A DNA stretch of 64,000 nucleotides from an uncultured Verrucomicrobiae bacterium. GTDB taxonomy: Bacteria; Verrucomicrobiota; Verrucomicrobiia; Limisphaerales; Palsa-1400. Below the pieces are notes generated by a model. The model did no database searches and had not been told where the DNA came from. It saw nothing but the letters and a program-made list of their open reading frames with translations. The translations under genes and the position numbers were made by a program. The DNA is taken from assembly GCA_963764165.1 (NCBI GenBank), contig CAVXRD010000002.1:3040001-3104000 (forward strand), in the 5' to 3' direction. This document shows, piece after piece, positions 1 to 9,613 of this stretch (the stretch's first letter is position 1; every line of letters starts with the position of its first letter).

Positions 1-146
1 GTCAGGGCCATGGCGATCAAATGCTCAGCGGCCCCCCGCTGGGCGAGTTCTTCCGGGGTAAAGGTGCCGTCGGAGAAAAGTGTGTGAAGATGCAGATCCG
101 CGAATCCGGTGGCCGGCTGGGTTGGTATGGCTGCACCGGTGATCAT
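1..146 (-). CDS. PHP-domain metal-dependent phosphoesterase (5' part; runs off window edge)
   Basis: Manual translation from ATG 146 (ATGA overlap with nusB stop): MITGAAIPTQPATGFADLHLHTLFSDGTFTPEELAQR, the DLHxHTxxSDG PHP motif. Not in the ORF track. Confidence 0.85.
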   Translation of the reverse strand, partial: MITGAAIPTQPATGFADLHLHTLFSDGTFTPEELAQRGAAEHLIAMAL

Positions 147-643
147 TTCACAACGCGGGCCGGGCGGGCCAGTTCGCCCTTGATTTTGTCGAGTATGCCG
201 TTGACGAATTTTCCGCTATCTTGCGTGGAGTATTTTTTCGCGACATCCACTGCCTCATTAATAGACACAACCGGGGGAATATCATCCCGGAAAAGCATCT
301 CATAAATCGCCAGGCGCAAAATATTTCGATCGACCACGGCAATGCGGTTCAGGTCCCAGTTTTGGGCGTAATGCTGGATTTTTTTGTCGAGGTCGGGACG
401 GTGTTCGAGCACACCGCGAATGAGTTTGTCCGCAAACAGGCGGGTGGCCAGCTCTTCGGTGGTAGGGGGCGGCAATTCGACCGTTTGCCCCCAGGAGGCT
501 GGCGCTTTCTCGCCTTCGATGGCTGGAGCGCGCTGGGAGTTCCAGAAATGGGCCAGCGCTTCCTCCAGATTTTCCGGAGGATTAAGATCGTGCTGAAAAA
601 GAAACTGCACGGCCCGTTCTCGGGCTTCGCGGCGTTGTCCCAT
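143..643 (-). CDS. nusB: Transcription antitermination factor NusB
   Basis: RREARERAVQFLF N-terminus, DRNILRLAIYE, VSINEAVDVAKKY, FVNGILD motifs. Confidence 0.97.
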   Translation of the reverse strand: MGQRREARERAVQFLFQHDLNPPENLEEALAHFWNSQRAPAIEGEKAPASWGQTVELPPPTTEELATRLFADKLIRGVLEHRPDLDKKIQHYAQNWDLNRIAVVDRNILRLAIYEMLFRDDIPPVVSINEAVDVAKKYSTQDSGKFVNGILDKIKGELARPARVVK

Positions 644-763
644 GCTCCATAGAATGCCGCCAAAAGTGCCGATGCAAAAGCAAATTCGCCTAATTAGATG
701 CCGGCAGAACGTGGGACAAACCCCGAAGGCAACCGAGGCGGCTCAAACGGGAGCATGTCCCCA

Positions 764-791
764 TTGACAATGGCACGGATGCTGCTATTGT
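764..791 (+). promoter_or_regulatory. Putative sigma70 promoter of pilin gene
   Basis: TTGACA(764-769)-16 nt-TATTGT(786-791), preceded by TGn. Confidence 0.55.
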
Positions 792-894
792 TGCTAGTGC
801 GGTTAGCAAAAGGCAATCCGTGAACAAGAACGTATTAGATATAACCCGCCTTTTGCTGTGTTCACGCCGCTCGTTGAAAGAAAGTCATATATAT

Positions 895-1272
895 ATGCAA
901 AAGAAAGTTAATCGCAAGTCGGGTTTTACCCTCGTTGAAATCATGATCGTTGTCGCCATCATCGGTTTGCTGGCCGCCATCGCGATCCCCAACTTCGTCA
1001 AAGCCCGCACGACCTCGCAGCAAAACGCCTGCATCAACAACCTCCGCCTGGTGGACTCCTCCAAGCAGCAATGGGCCTTGGAACAACGCCAGCAGAGCAC
1101 AGCCGTCCCGGCTGGCACCGACCTGCAGCCCTATTTGGGCCGCGGCGCGAACGGCGAATTGCCGACCTGCCCTGTGGATCCGCAGAACGGTTTCGGAACC
1201 AGCTATACCCCTGGCGCCGTCAATACCAAGCCCCTCTGCCAGATCGTCTCCTCGACGCACATCCTTCCTTAA
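895..1272 (+). CDS. Short type IV pilin / T2SS pseudopilin-like protein
   Basis: Basic leader MQKKVNRKSG|FTLVEIMIVVAIIGLLAAIAIPNF; two C-terminal Cys; own promoter and terminator. Start moved to ATG 895. Confidence 0.9.
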   Translation: MQKKVNRKSGFTLVEIMIVVAIIGLLAAIAIPNFVKARTTSQQNACINNLRLVDSSKQQWALEQRQQSTAVPAGTDLQPYLGRGANGELPTCPVDPQNGFGTSYTPGAVNTKPLCQIVSSTHILP

Positions 1273-1307
1273 TGGATACTTTATCGTGATCTGCTGATCA
1301 CGGTCAC

Positions 1308-1345
1308 AGAGGCCCGGAGTAAAATCCGGGCCTCTTTTATTTTCT
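1308..1345 (+). terminator. Intrinsic terminator
   Basis: AGAGGCCCGGA-loop-TCCGGGCCTCT followed by T-rich run. Confidence 0.85.
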
Positions 1346-1352
1346 GTTATTT

Positions 1353-1434
1353 TGGCAGGACGAGACGCCCCCGATCCCTTATTGGATTCGGTTTCCAGCT
1401 ATCCAGGATGGGCTCGACGGAGTCTCGCCCTGCC
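1353..1434. repeat. REP-like palindromic element
   Basis: GGCAGGACGAGAC...GGGCTCGACGGAGTCTCGCCCTGCC; the right arm recurs at ~60295-60320. Confidence 0.65.
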
Positions 1435-1500
1435 GGGTTCGACATCTGTTTTCTAGGATAAATTCTTTTTTTGACGTCAAACTTCCTGTCAAATGACCAG

Positions 1501-3114
1501 ATGGACACGGCTGATAACCGCGCTGGCACATTCTTGAAATGGTGTTTTTGCGCTGCCGTCCTGGCGCTGGCGCTTTACCAATTCTCCGAAAGCACCTCAG
1601 ACCCAGACCTTTGGGCGCATACGCTCGTCGGCGAACACATCTTGCGCACCGGCAAATTGCAGAACTTCGAGCCGTATTCATGGACCGCCGCGGGAACGCC
1701 ATGGATCAACCACGAGTTGCTGGCGGAAATCGCGCTCGGCGGCGCGCATTGGCTTCTTGGCGGCATGGGCATCATGGTTCTCAAGGTCCTTGTTGGATTT
1801 CTCACGTTTGGAATTGCGCTGAAATTGGGATTGGAACAATTGAAATGGCCACAACGCGCGGTGGCGTGGGCGGTTGGAGGCTTGGCGGTGGTCGAAATTT
1901 CCTATGGTTTCGCCCCCCGGCCCCAGATTTTCACCGCGCTCGGCCTCGCCATTGAACTCGCACTCCTGCGAAGGATTGCAAACGGCGGCAAATGGTGGTG
2001 CGCGGCGCTGCCCGTTTTAACGGCTTTGTGGGTTAACACACACGGCGGCGTGCTGGCGGGCCTGGCGATCATGTTCGTGACCGCAGCCTGCTTTACGATC
2101 CAATGGATGAATCCTGGCATCGCCAAAAGGCTGTCTTCCGAGACTGTGCCCGGGCTATTGGTCGCAGGGTTATGGATTGCGAGCGTGCTCTCCGCCGCTG
2201 CCTTGCTGGTGAATCCTTACGGCTGGCGGCTGATTGAATGGACCATCAGCGGCGTCGTCTGGCTGCACGAGCGGACAGAATTGGAGGAGTGGCGCCCGAC
2301 GCCCCCAAGCCTGAGCCATGCGGCGCTTTTCGTGCTGCTGATTTTGGCGGGCGCTTCGTTTCTATTGTCTCGGCGCAAGCGGGCGCTTTGGGAGATCGCA
2401 GTCACCGCCGGATTGGCGGTGTTTGCGTTGCGCTCGGTGCGGCATGTGCCGCTGTTCGCGATCACGGCGCTGGCTTTTGTGCCGCCGCACCTGGCGGATG
2501 TTCTTGTGCGCTTTCGCGAGCATTATGCGAAGCTGGATGAAATGTTTCGTCAACGTCGGACGCAACTTGTAACGTCCATCGCCCTCGCATTGGTGGCGGG
2601 TGCCGAATTCACCGCCGCGTTCAGCTTGCACAAAGACCATCCCTTCACCATGGAAGTGCCGCGAAATCAATATCCAATGGCCGCTGTGGATTTCATCCGA
2701 ACGCATCAACTGCGCGGAAATCTGCTGGTGTTTTTCGACTGGGGTGAAATGTGCCTTTGGGAATTGCCCCAATGCGCCGTCTCCCTCGATGGCCGCTGGG
2801 AGACGTGCTACCCGCGCGATCTCATTCCCGAACATTGGAAATTCTACAACGCCGAGCCGACTGACAAGAAGATTTTGGATATCAGCAAAGCGGACCTGGC
2901 CCTGCTGCCGGGGAACCTGGCCGGAACAGTTGCCCTTGCTCACACGGCCGGATGGGTGGTTGCCTACGAGGACAATTTAGCGGCGGTTCTAGTGCGCGAC
3001 CCATCAAGATTTCCGATGCTGGTCAAAGCGAGGCTGCCCATCGAAGGTTCTCCAAGCGCGACGATGGGCCGCGCAGCCTTTCCAGACGGCCACGCGGAGC
3101 GCCTCTACCAATAA
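1501..3114 (+). CDS. Polytopic membrane protein, GT-C glycosyltransferase-like
   Basis: About 11-12 hydrophobic segments; acidic DPDLWAH motif in first loop; WVNTHGG, NPYG, DWG..DGR motifs; soluble C-terminal domain. Confidence 0.6.
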   Translation: MDTADNRAGTFLKWCFCAAVLALALYQFSESTSDPDLWAHTLVGEHILRTGKLQNFEPYSWTAAGTPWINHELLAEIALGGAHWLLGGMGIMVLKVLVGFLTFGIALKLGLEQLKWPQRAVAWAVGGLAVVEISYGFAPRPQIFTALGLAIELALLRRIANGGKWWCAALPVLTALWVNTHGGVLAGLAIMFVTAACFTIQWMNPGIAKRLSSETVPGLLVAGLWIASVLSAAALLVNPYGWRLIEWTISGVVWLHERTELEEWRPTPPSLSHAALFVLLILAGASFLLSRRKRALWEIAVTAGLAVFALRSVRHVPLFAITALAFVPPHLADVLVRFREHYAKLDEMFRQRRTQLVTSIALALVAGAEFTAAFSLHKDHPFTMEVPRNQYPMAAVDFIRTHQLRGNLLVFFDWGEMCLWELPQCAVSLDGRWETCYPRDLIPEHWKFYNAEPTDKKILDISKADLALLPGNLAGTVALAHTAGWVVAYEDNLAAVLVRDPSRFPMLVKARLPIEGSPSATMGRAAFPDGHAERLYQ

Positions 3115-3179
3115 CGAGCCGGCAATGATTCAAGCCGGCCATGTTAATGGAGTGTGGGCAAAGCATTAAATATATATAA

Positions 3180-3330
3180 TCTGGAACTCCCGAACTCAGG
3201 AAAGGAGGCCGCTCTCATTTGTGGGCGATGGGAGGTGGGGTGCAAGTCGGGGAAACGCCGGACCCGAATTAACGATGCGCGCGAAACCAACTTCAGTCTC
3301 TTTTCCTGCGTTCGGGCGTTCCTGATTCAA
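3180..3330. repeat. MITE-like inverted-repeat element, copy 1
   Basis: TCTGGAACTC..CAGGAAAGGAGGC arm and complementary TCTCTTTTCCTG..GTTCCTGA arm; homologous to 42101-42249. Confidence 0.75.
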
Positions 3331-3368
3331 TTTTCCGAATTTTTTCTCCAAATATCGTGCCGAAAACA

Positions 3369-3410
3369 CTCTGGTAGGTTTTCCATCCCGCGCCATCCGT
3401 GCCAAAGTGC
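3369..3410 (+). repeat. 42-bp exact dispersed repeat (also 46741-46782)
   Basis: CTCTGGTAGGTTTTCCATCCCGCGCCATCCGTGCCAAAGTGC identical at both sites. Confidence 0.9.
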
Positions 3411-3461
3411 GTCCATGCGTATGCAAGGTCATATTGAGCGAATAGGGTCGGCGCGCAACTT

Positions 3462-3570
3462 CGAACAGAGTGGCAGCGGCGTCCCGCCGCTGAATCGGCC
3501 CGTAAGAGGCGAGACGCCTCTGCCACTTTCAATGGACAGAGCGGCGGCGGAGTTTTGTCCTGCGCCCTCA
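3462..3570. repeat. REP-like element (GTGGCAGCGGCGTCCCGCCG family)
   Basis: Near-identical to 55625-55735; related copy at 13540-13605. Confidence 0.85.
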
Positions 3571-3729
3571 ACCGCCTCTCGCCGGAGGAATCGTTGCACT
3601 CTATTGCACCTGCCATTTTCTTTCACTTAATGCCCGGGTTTTTCTCCGGAAAAATAAATCCGTGCCTCGCAGGGCCGAATCGCGCTATGATTTGTTCCCG
3701 AAACGCTGCCCATCACTAAAGGAACATAT

Positions 3730-4845
3730 ATGAGCAAAATTCGGGTTTTGGTCGGAACGAAGAAAGGCGCATTCATCTTGACTGCGGATGGCAAGCGCGA
3801 CAAGTGGGAGGTCAACGGCCCGCACTTTGCGGGCTGGGAGATTTATCACATGAAGGGATCGCCCACCGCGCCGGACCGCCTTTATGCTTCCCAATCCTCT
3901 GGCTGGTTTGGCCAGATGATGCAGCGCTCGGATGACGGCGGGAAAACTTGGGAGGCGGTTGGCAAGGAATTCAAATACGACGGCGTCCCTGGCACGCACA
4001 AATGGTATGACGGCACGCAGCATCCCTGGGAATTCAAACGCATCTGGCATTTGGAGCCGTCGCTGACCGATCCTGACACCGTTTACGCGGGGGCGGAGGA
4101 CGCGGCCCTTTTCCGCACTGCGGATGGCGGCAAAACGTGGCGGGAATTTCCCGGCCTGCGCAGCGCCAAGGGCCACCTGTGGCAGCCCGGCGCGGGCGGG
4201 ATGGGCTTGCACACCATTCTTCTTGACCCAACGAATCCCAAACGCATTTACGTGGCCATTTCCGCGGCGGGCGCGTTTCGCACCGATGATGGCGGCACAA
4301 CGTGGATTCCCATCAATCGCGGTCTTCGGTCCCAATGGGAGCTTCCCGATCCACAGGCGGAAGTGGGCCACTGCGTTCATCGCATTGCGATGCATGCGTC
4401 GCGCCCCGGCGTGCTTTACATGCAAAAGCATTGGGACGTCCTGCGAACCGACAATGCGGGTGAATTGTGGTCGGAGGTGAGCGGGAATTTGCCGAGCGAT
4501 TTTGGTTTTCCCATTGACGTCCACGCGCACGAGCCGGAGACGATTTACGTCGTGCCGATCAAGAGCGATTCCGAACATTTTCCGCCCGATGGAAAATTGC
4601 GCGTCTATCGCAGCAGAACTGGCGGCAATGAATGGGAACCGCTCACGCGCGGCCTGCCGCAGAAGGATTGCTACGTGAATATCCTGCGCGACGCAATGGC
4701 TGTGGATTCGATGGATCCGTGCGGCCTCTATTTCGGAACGACTGGCGGACAGGTCTACGCCTCCGCTGATTCCGGGGATACGTGGAGCGCGATTGTGCAT
4801 GATCTTCCGGCGGTGTTGTCCGTCGAGGTGCAGGTTTTGCCATGA
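3730..4845 (+). CDS. BNR/Asp-box repeat beta-propeller (sialidase-like fold), cytoplasmic
   Basis: Repeated (S/T)xDxGxTW Asp-boxes; no signal peptide; AAGGA RBS. Confidence 0.85.
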   Translation: MSKIRVLVGTKKGAFILTADGKRDKWEVNGPHFAGWEIYHMKGSPTAPDRLYASQSSGWFGQMMQRSDDGGKTWEAVGKEFKYDGVPGTHKWYDGTQHPWEFKRIWHLEPSLTDPDTVYAGAEDAALFRTADGGKTWREFPGLRSAKGHLWQPGAGGMGLHTILLDPTNPKRIYVAISAAGAFRTDDGGTTWIPINRGLRSQWELPDPQAEVGHCVHRIAMHASRPGVLYMQKHWDVLRTDNAGELWSEVSGNLPSDFGFPIDVHAHEPETIYVVPIKSDSEHFPPDGKLRVYRSRTGGNEWEPLTRGLPQKDCYVNILRDAMAVDSMDPCGLYFGTTGGQVYASADSGDTWSAIVHDLPAVLSVEVQVLP

Positions 4846-5138
4846 TCCGCGTGATCATTCCCTATCATCTGCGGACGCTGGCCAAAGTGAATGGGGACGT
4901 TCTGCTTGACGTTGCGGAGCCGGCCACGATTGCGGCGGTTCTTGACGCGCTGGAAAATCAATATCCCGTTTTGCGGGGGACGATCCGCGAGCTTGAAACT
5001 GGGAAGCGGCGCGCGCTCGTCCGCTTCTTCGCCTGCCAGGACGACCTTTCGCATCAACCACTTGACACGCTGCTGCCGGCAGCGGTGGCGGCGGGCAGGG
5101 AGCCGTTTATGGTCGTGGGCGCGATGGCAGGCGGCTAG
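4842..5138 (+). CDS. MoaD/ThiS-family ubiquitin-like protein
   Basis: 98 aa, C-terminal GAMAGG diglycine; ATGA overlap with upstream gene. Confidence 0.9.
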   Translation: MIRVIIPYHLRTLAKVNGDVLLDVAEPATIAAVLDALENQYPVLRGTIRELETGKRRALVRFFACQDDLSHQPLDTLLPAAVAAGREPFMVVGAMAGG

Positions 5139-5140
5139 CC

Positions 5141-6811
5141 ATGCAAAACCAAGCCGCCGCGTTCAATCTCAGGGGCAATTTTCGACTTTACAGGAAGGAA
5201 TGGCTTGCGGGTGACGTTGTGGCCGGCATCAGCGGTTGTTTGATCATGGTGCCGGCGGTGGTGGCTTATGCGCGCCTGACCGGGCTGCCGCCCGAGAGCG
5301 GCCTTTACGCGGCGCTGGCGCCGCTGCTGATCTACCCGTTCTTCACGACATCGCCCCAAGTCATCGTCGGGCCCGACATCGCCATTTGCCTTCTTATGTT
5401 CAGCGCAATTGCTCCGCTCGCGGCAGGCGATCCCGCCCACGCGGCCGTGCTGGCTGCGTTCCTTTCAGTGGCGAGCGGCGCGCTGTTGCTGCTGGGCAGC
5501 CGTCTCAAACTGGGGCGGACGGCGGACTTTCTCTCCAAGCCGGTTCTCGTCGGCTACATGACGGGCGCGGCGCTGATTCTCGTCGCATCACAATTGAACA
5601 GCCTTCTTGGAATTCAGTTGACTCAAAACTTCTTCTTCCCGCGCTTGATGGAAACGGCGCGCTTGCTTCCAAAGACAAATCTTCCAACGCTTTATTTTGG
5701 ATTGGGACTGCTGGCATTGATCTTCACACTGCGGCGGTGGTCGCGAAAAATTCCGGCGGCGATCATCGTGTGCGCGGTGGCGACGGTGCTTTCTCTCGCG
5801 TTCGGTTTCGAGCGGTTCGGCATTGCGGTCGTGGGAAAGTTCACCAGCGGACTGCCAACATTCAAATCGCCCGCCGTGGATTGGGTCGAAATTCACAGCT
5901 TGCTGCCCGCCGCGATGGGAATCGCCTTTCTCGCTTACACGGAAGGCATTCTGCTGGCGCGGGCGTTCGCCGCCAAAAACGGCTACGAAGTCGCGGCCGA
6001 CCGCGAACTCACGGCGCTGGGCGCGGCAAATTTAGCAAACGGATTTTTCCAGGGATTTCCCGTGACCGGCAGCCAATCGCGAACCACCATCAACGATGAA
6101 GCGGGCGGGCGCACTCAGGTGGCGAGCCTCATTATGGCGGTCTGCGTGGCGGTTTTTATCTTATTCTTGACGCCGTTGCTTGCCCATTTGCCGACAGTTG
6201 CGCTGGCGGCTGTTCTTATCAACGGCGGATGGAGCCTGGTTGAATTCGATGCGATGAAGCGCATTTACCGCCATTATCCTTCGGCGGCGGGAATAGCGGC
6301 GTTGACGACGGCGGGCGTGCTGGTGGCAGGCGTCGTCGCGGGGATTTTGCTGGGCGTCATATTGTCGCTGCTCACGTTGATTGGAAGAATTTCGCACCCG
6401 CCCGACGCGATATTGCGCGAGGTTCCCGGACACGGTTTCCACGACGTCGATCCAAGCACAGGCGAGACGCTGCCGGGGCTGATTGTCTACCGGTTTTATG
6501 CGCCGCTTCTCTTCAGCAATTGCGGCTATTTTGCCGAACGCGTCCATGCGCTCATCGCCGCGCAACCCGCGCCGGTGCGATGGTTCCTGCTGGACGCGCA
6601 AGCGATCACGGATATCGACGTGACAGCCACGGAAACGCTGCACGCGCTGCACCGCGAATTGAACGAGCGCGGCATCGCCTTGAAAATCGCGCATGCGAAC
6701 CGGCCGTTGCGTTCGCTGCTGGAACGCACCGGGCTGGACACGGAAATTGGGCCGGGGAGCTTTTACGCCTCGGTGCATGAATGCGTGACCGCATTCAAGG
6801 GCGCATTTTGA
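5141..6811 (+). CDS. SulP-family anion transporter with STAS domain
   Basis: GDVVAG, GLPPESGLY, SKPVLVGY, GSQSRT motifs; C-terminal STAS (LFSN, IDVTA). Confidence 0.93.
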   Translation: MQNQAAAFNLRGNFRLYRKEWLAGDVVAGISGCLIMVPAVVAYARLTGLPPESGLYAALAPLLIYPFFTTSPQVIVGPDIAICLLMFSAIAPLAAGDPAHAAVLAAFLSVASGALLLLGSRLKLGRTADFLSKPVLVGYMTGAALILVASQLNSLLGIQLTQNFFFPRLMETARLLPKTNLPTLYFGLGLLALIFTLRRWSRKIPAAIIVCAVATVLSLAFGFERFGIAVVGKFTSGLPTFKSPAVDWVEIHSLLPAAMGIAFLAYTEGILLARAFAAKNGYEVAADRELTALGAANLANGFFQGFPVTGSQSRTTINDEAGGRTQVASLIMAVCVAVFILFLTPLLAHLPTVALAAVLINGGWSLVEFDAMKRIYRHYPSAAGIAALTTAGVLVAGVVAGILLGVILSLLTLIGRISHPPDAILREVPGHGFHDVDPSTGETLPGLIVYRFYAPLLFSNCGYFAERVHALIAAQPAPVRWFLLDAQAITDIDVTATETLHALHRELNERGIALKIAHANRPLRSLLERTGLDTEIGPGSFYASVHECVTAFKGAF

Positions 6812-6860
6812 AATTGCCAGGACGCGATTGCCGGCGTGAACTTTCATATTATCTTTACGC

Positions 6861-7472
6861 ATGACAACTGAAACAAAGTCGGTCGAAGAAGCGCCGCTGC
6901 GGGTGTTTGCGGTGGTGGGAAGTTTGAACAGGGATTCCGTGACGCGGGTGGTCGTCAGGGAAGCCGCGCGTTTGCTCGCTGAACGAGGCTGCGCAGTGGA
7001 CGTGCTCGACCTCCTGCAAGAGCCGCTGCCGCTTTACAATCCGGACACGGCCTATGACGCTGAGTCTTTTCCCGCGCTGAAAAAGCGGGTCGACGGAGCG
7101 GATGTCATCATTCTCGGCACCCCGGATTATCACGGCAGCATGAGCAGCGCGCTGAAAAATTTCCTCGACCATTTCTGGCGCGAATTCGCTGGAAAATGCT
7201 TTGCCTCCATTGTCGCTTCGCACGAAAAAGGCTTGACCGTCACCGACCAGGTGCGAACCGTGGCCCGCCAATGTTACGCATGGGTGCTCCCTTACGGCGT
7301 TTCATTTGTTGACATGGAGGACGTGAAGGACGGAAAAATCGCCAGCGCATCGCTGGCCAAACGCCTGGACATGATGACGCGAGATGTGGCGGTCTACGGA
7401 AAACTGCTGGCCGCTCAGCGGCGCGCGGATTTGGCGGGGACGGAGCCCGGTTTCATGGCCCGGCATCGTTAA
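6861..7472 (+). CDS. NADPH-dependent FMN reductase
   Basis: VGSLNRDS and GTPDYHGSMSSALKNFLD motifs. Confidence 0.9.
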   Translation: MTTETKSVEEAPLRVFAVVGSLNRDSVTRVVVREAARLLAERGCAVDVLDLLQEPLPLYNPDTAYDAESFPALKKRVDGADVIILGTPDYHGSMSSALKNFLDHFWREFAGKCFASIVASHEKGLTVTDQVRTVARQCYAWVLPYGVSFVDMEDVKDGKIASASLAKRLDMMTRDVAVYGKLLAAQRRADLAGTEPGFMARHR

Positions 7473-7530
7473 AAAAGCAGGGACGCCTCGGCGAGCCGCC
7501 CCTGCCTTGCTTCGCAATCACAAATCCCGG

Positions 7531-8334
7531 CTACGGATTCGCCTCCGGGATGGCGCCCTGCAATCGCCGCAGGTCCGATAAATCCTGCGCGTTGACGGCG
7601 GAAACATTGCCGCCAGACATATTTTTATTCCAAGCCCACTGCCATCGCTCGGCGTGGCCGTCGAGGAAAGACAAATCCGCGCCGCGCATGTGGTGGTCGG
7701 CCGGCCAATTGATCCAATCGGTTGAAGGAGTCTGCGACTGGCCGAATGTGCCGTCATCAATGCTGGAGCCTTCGTCGAGAAAACCGAAGATTTTGGCCGG
7801 ACGATTCACATCAAGAAATTTCGCAATGGGATCGTCTCCAACGCCGTTCATGTTTGGATCAGAATTGAGGTGGATATTCAGTGAATAACTGCGGAAGCGC
7901 AGCAATCCTGGCATGCCTTGCACGGTCCCATTGTCGGATGGGCAGTGGTAAAGGCCAGCGCTCGCAACGTAGGGAAATAAAACGCCCGCCTTGATATTGT
8001 CCGTGTTCTGATCCGCTGGCGCCGCGCCCAAGACCCACGACCCTGGCAAACTGGCCGAGCAGCCAACGCTTCCGTCGTATGCGTAGGTGTTCTGAACCAT
8101 GATTTCCCTGTTATCCGGCAGGTACAGAAGAAAACCCGCCTGCAGTTGCTTGGTGTTGCTAAGACACTTAATGCTCTGCCCCTGCGCCTTCGCCTGGCTG
8201 AGGGCCGGAAGAAGGAGCGACGCGAGAATCGCGATGATGGCAATGACCACCAGCAGTTCAATGAGAGTAAACCCCTCTGGAATTGAGCGATGCGGACAGC
8301 TCGTGCTGTTTGAGTCAATCTGTGGATGAATCAC
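7531..8334 (-). CDS. Prepilin-type N-terminal cleavage protein with H-X9-DG domain
   Basis: [45 protein letters not shown]. Confidence 0.9.
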   Translation of the reverse strand: MIHPQIDSNSTSCPHRSIPEGFTLIELLVVIAIIAILASLLLPALSQAKAQGQSIKCLSNTKQLQAGFLLYLPDNREIMVQNTYAYDGSVGCSASLPGSWVLGAAPADQNTDNIKAGVLFPYVASAGLYHCPSDNGTVQGMPGLLRFRSYSLNIHLNSDPNMNGVGDDPIAKFLDVNRPAKIFGFLDEGSSIDDGTFGQSQTPSTDWINWPADHHMRGADLSFLDGHAERWQWAWNKNMSGGNVSAVNAQDLSDLRRLQGAIPEANP

Positions 8335-8337
8335 ATC

Positions 8338-9579
8338 TCAGCCTTTTGCGCGCTGGTTCCACAATTCCACCAGGTGCTTTTCGGCGTCCGGCCAGACCTG
8401 TTGATTGTCGCGCTTGGCGAATTGCGGGACGACAGCCGCTTGCGTTGCCGGGGGCAGCGAGCGATACCAGTTCAGCGACGCTTTCGCGGTCTCCGTCATC
8501 GGGCGGAACTTCAGCCCCTTTTCCAAGGCGCGGGAGATATTGCAATGGTGGATATTCGCGCTGCTGTCCTCAGGTGGCACATACAACGGAAATTGATTGT
8601 CAGCCGCTCCGTGAGAGTCCAGAAAGCGATTTTCCACCCACAGGAAATCCACTTGCGATCCGGTGCCCGTGCGAATGTCTTCCACCATTTGTTTCATTGT
8701 CAACAATGTGGCGGGACCCGTGGCGTTGAAGGTGCCGGTGATATTTCCCTCAAGGCAGTGGACGATGAAATCCGCGAGGTCGCGGACGTCGATAAGCTGG
8801 ATCGGATCAGACGGCGTTCCGGGCACAATCATGGTGCCACCCATCGATTCCCGCACCGGCCAGTAAAGAAAACGCCCTGATGTATCGCGCGGCCCCACGA
8901 TGAATCCCGGACGAAGAATTGTGACGCGCCCCGGCATGGCCGCCTCCGCCGCTTTTTCGCAAAGGGCTTTTCCGCCGCCGTAATTCTCCGAATTTTTCCC
9001 CATCACTTCAACGGTGGGATCGGCCAGCGTCGCCAGCGGGGCGGATTCGTCAAAATTCGGTTTGCTGAAATCCCGATAGGCGGAAATGGTTGAGATGAAC
9101 AAATACTGCTTCACGTTCGGCGCGAGCAATTCGGCCGATGCCTTGACCATGCGTGGAAAATAGCCGCTCGTGTCAATGACAGCGTCCCATTGTTTGCCGA
9201 CGAGCTGAGACAGGCCCTTGGGGCTGTCCGGATCCGGCGCGGCGGCGGACTTGCCTTCGTTCTTGCGGTCAGCGGCGGTTTTGTTGGGGTCGCGATTTCC
9301 GTAGAGCTTTTCCACTCCATCCGGGACAACGGAAGGCCGCCCGACCTCATGGCGCCGCTCCTCGGTGCGCCCGCTGTTGAATTGCGTGACTTTGTGGCCG
9401 CGCGCCAGGGCCGACTCCGTGCAAGCAGGCCCGAGAAAGCCGGTGCCGCCGAGGATCAGAATTTTCAAGCTGCGCGATGCCACAGGAACAGGCTCATCTG
9501 CGCAAATAATTGTGGGAAGAGACGCCGCGGCCAATGCAGCCGCAGAGGTGACAATGAACTCGCGCCGATTGGTAGCCAT
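8338..9579 (-). CDS. Tat-signal NAD-dependent epimerase/dehydratase (extended SDR)
   Basis: MATNRREFIV twin-arginine signal; ILGGTGFLG Rossmann motif; YGGGK catalytic motif. Start moved to ATG 9579. Confidence 0.85.
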   Translation of the reverse strand: MATNRREFIVTSAAALAAASLPTIICADEPVPVASRSLKILILGGTGFLGPACTESALARGHKVTQFNSGRTEERRHEVGRPSVVPDGVEKLYGNRDPNKTAADRKNEGKSAAAPDPDSPKGLSQLVGKQWDAVIDTSGYFPRMVKASAELLAPNVKQYLFISTISAYRDFSKPNFDESAPLATLADPTVEVMGKNSENYGGGKALCEKAAEAAMPGRVTILRPGFIVGPRDTSGRFLYWPVRESMGGTMIVPGTPSDPIQLIDVRDLADFIVHCLEGNITGTFNATGPATLLTMKQMVEDIRTGTGSQVDFLWVENRFLDSHGAADNQFPLYVPPEDSSANIHHCNISRALEKGLKFRPMTETAKASLNWYRSLPPATQAAVVPQFAKRDNQQVWPDAEKHLVELWNQRAKG

Positions 9580-9613
9580 ACGCGCAAGATTGTAATTGCC
9601 GTGCCATGCGCAG

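Noticed and set aside
700..762. c-di-GMP riboswitch upstream of the pilin
   Set aside because: Only a GGGACA..TGTCCC inverted pair; lacks the GEMM core and lies upstream of the predicted promoter.
3685..4800. 371-aa antisense ORF
   Set aside because: Mirror of the BNR gene; typical high-GC shadow ORF with no motifs.
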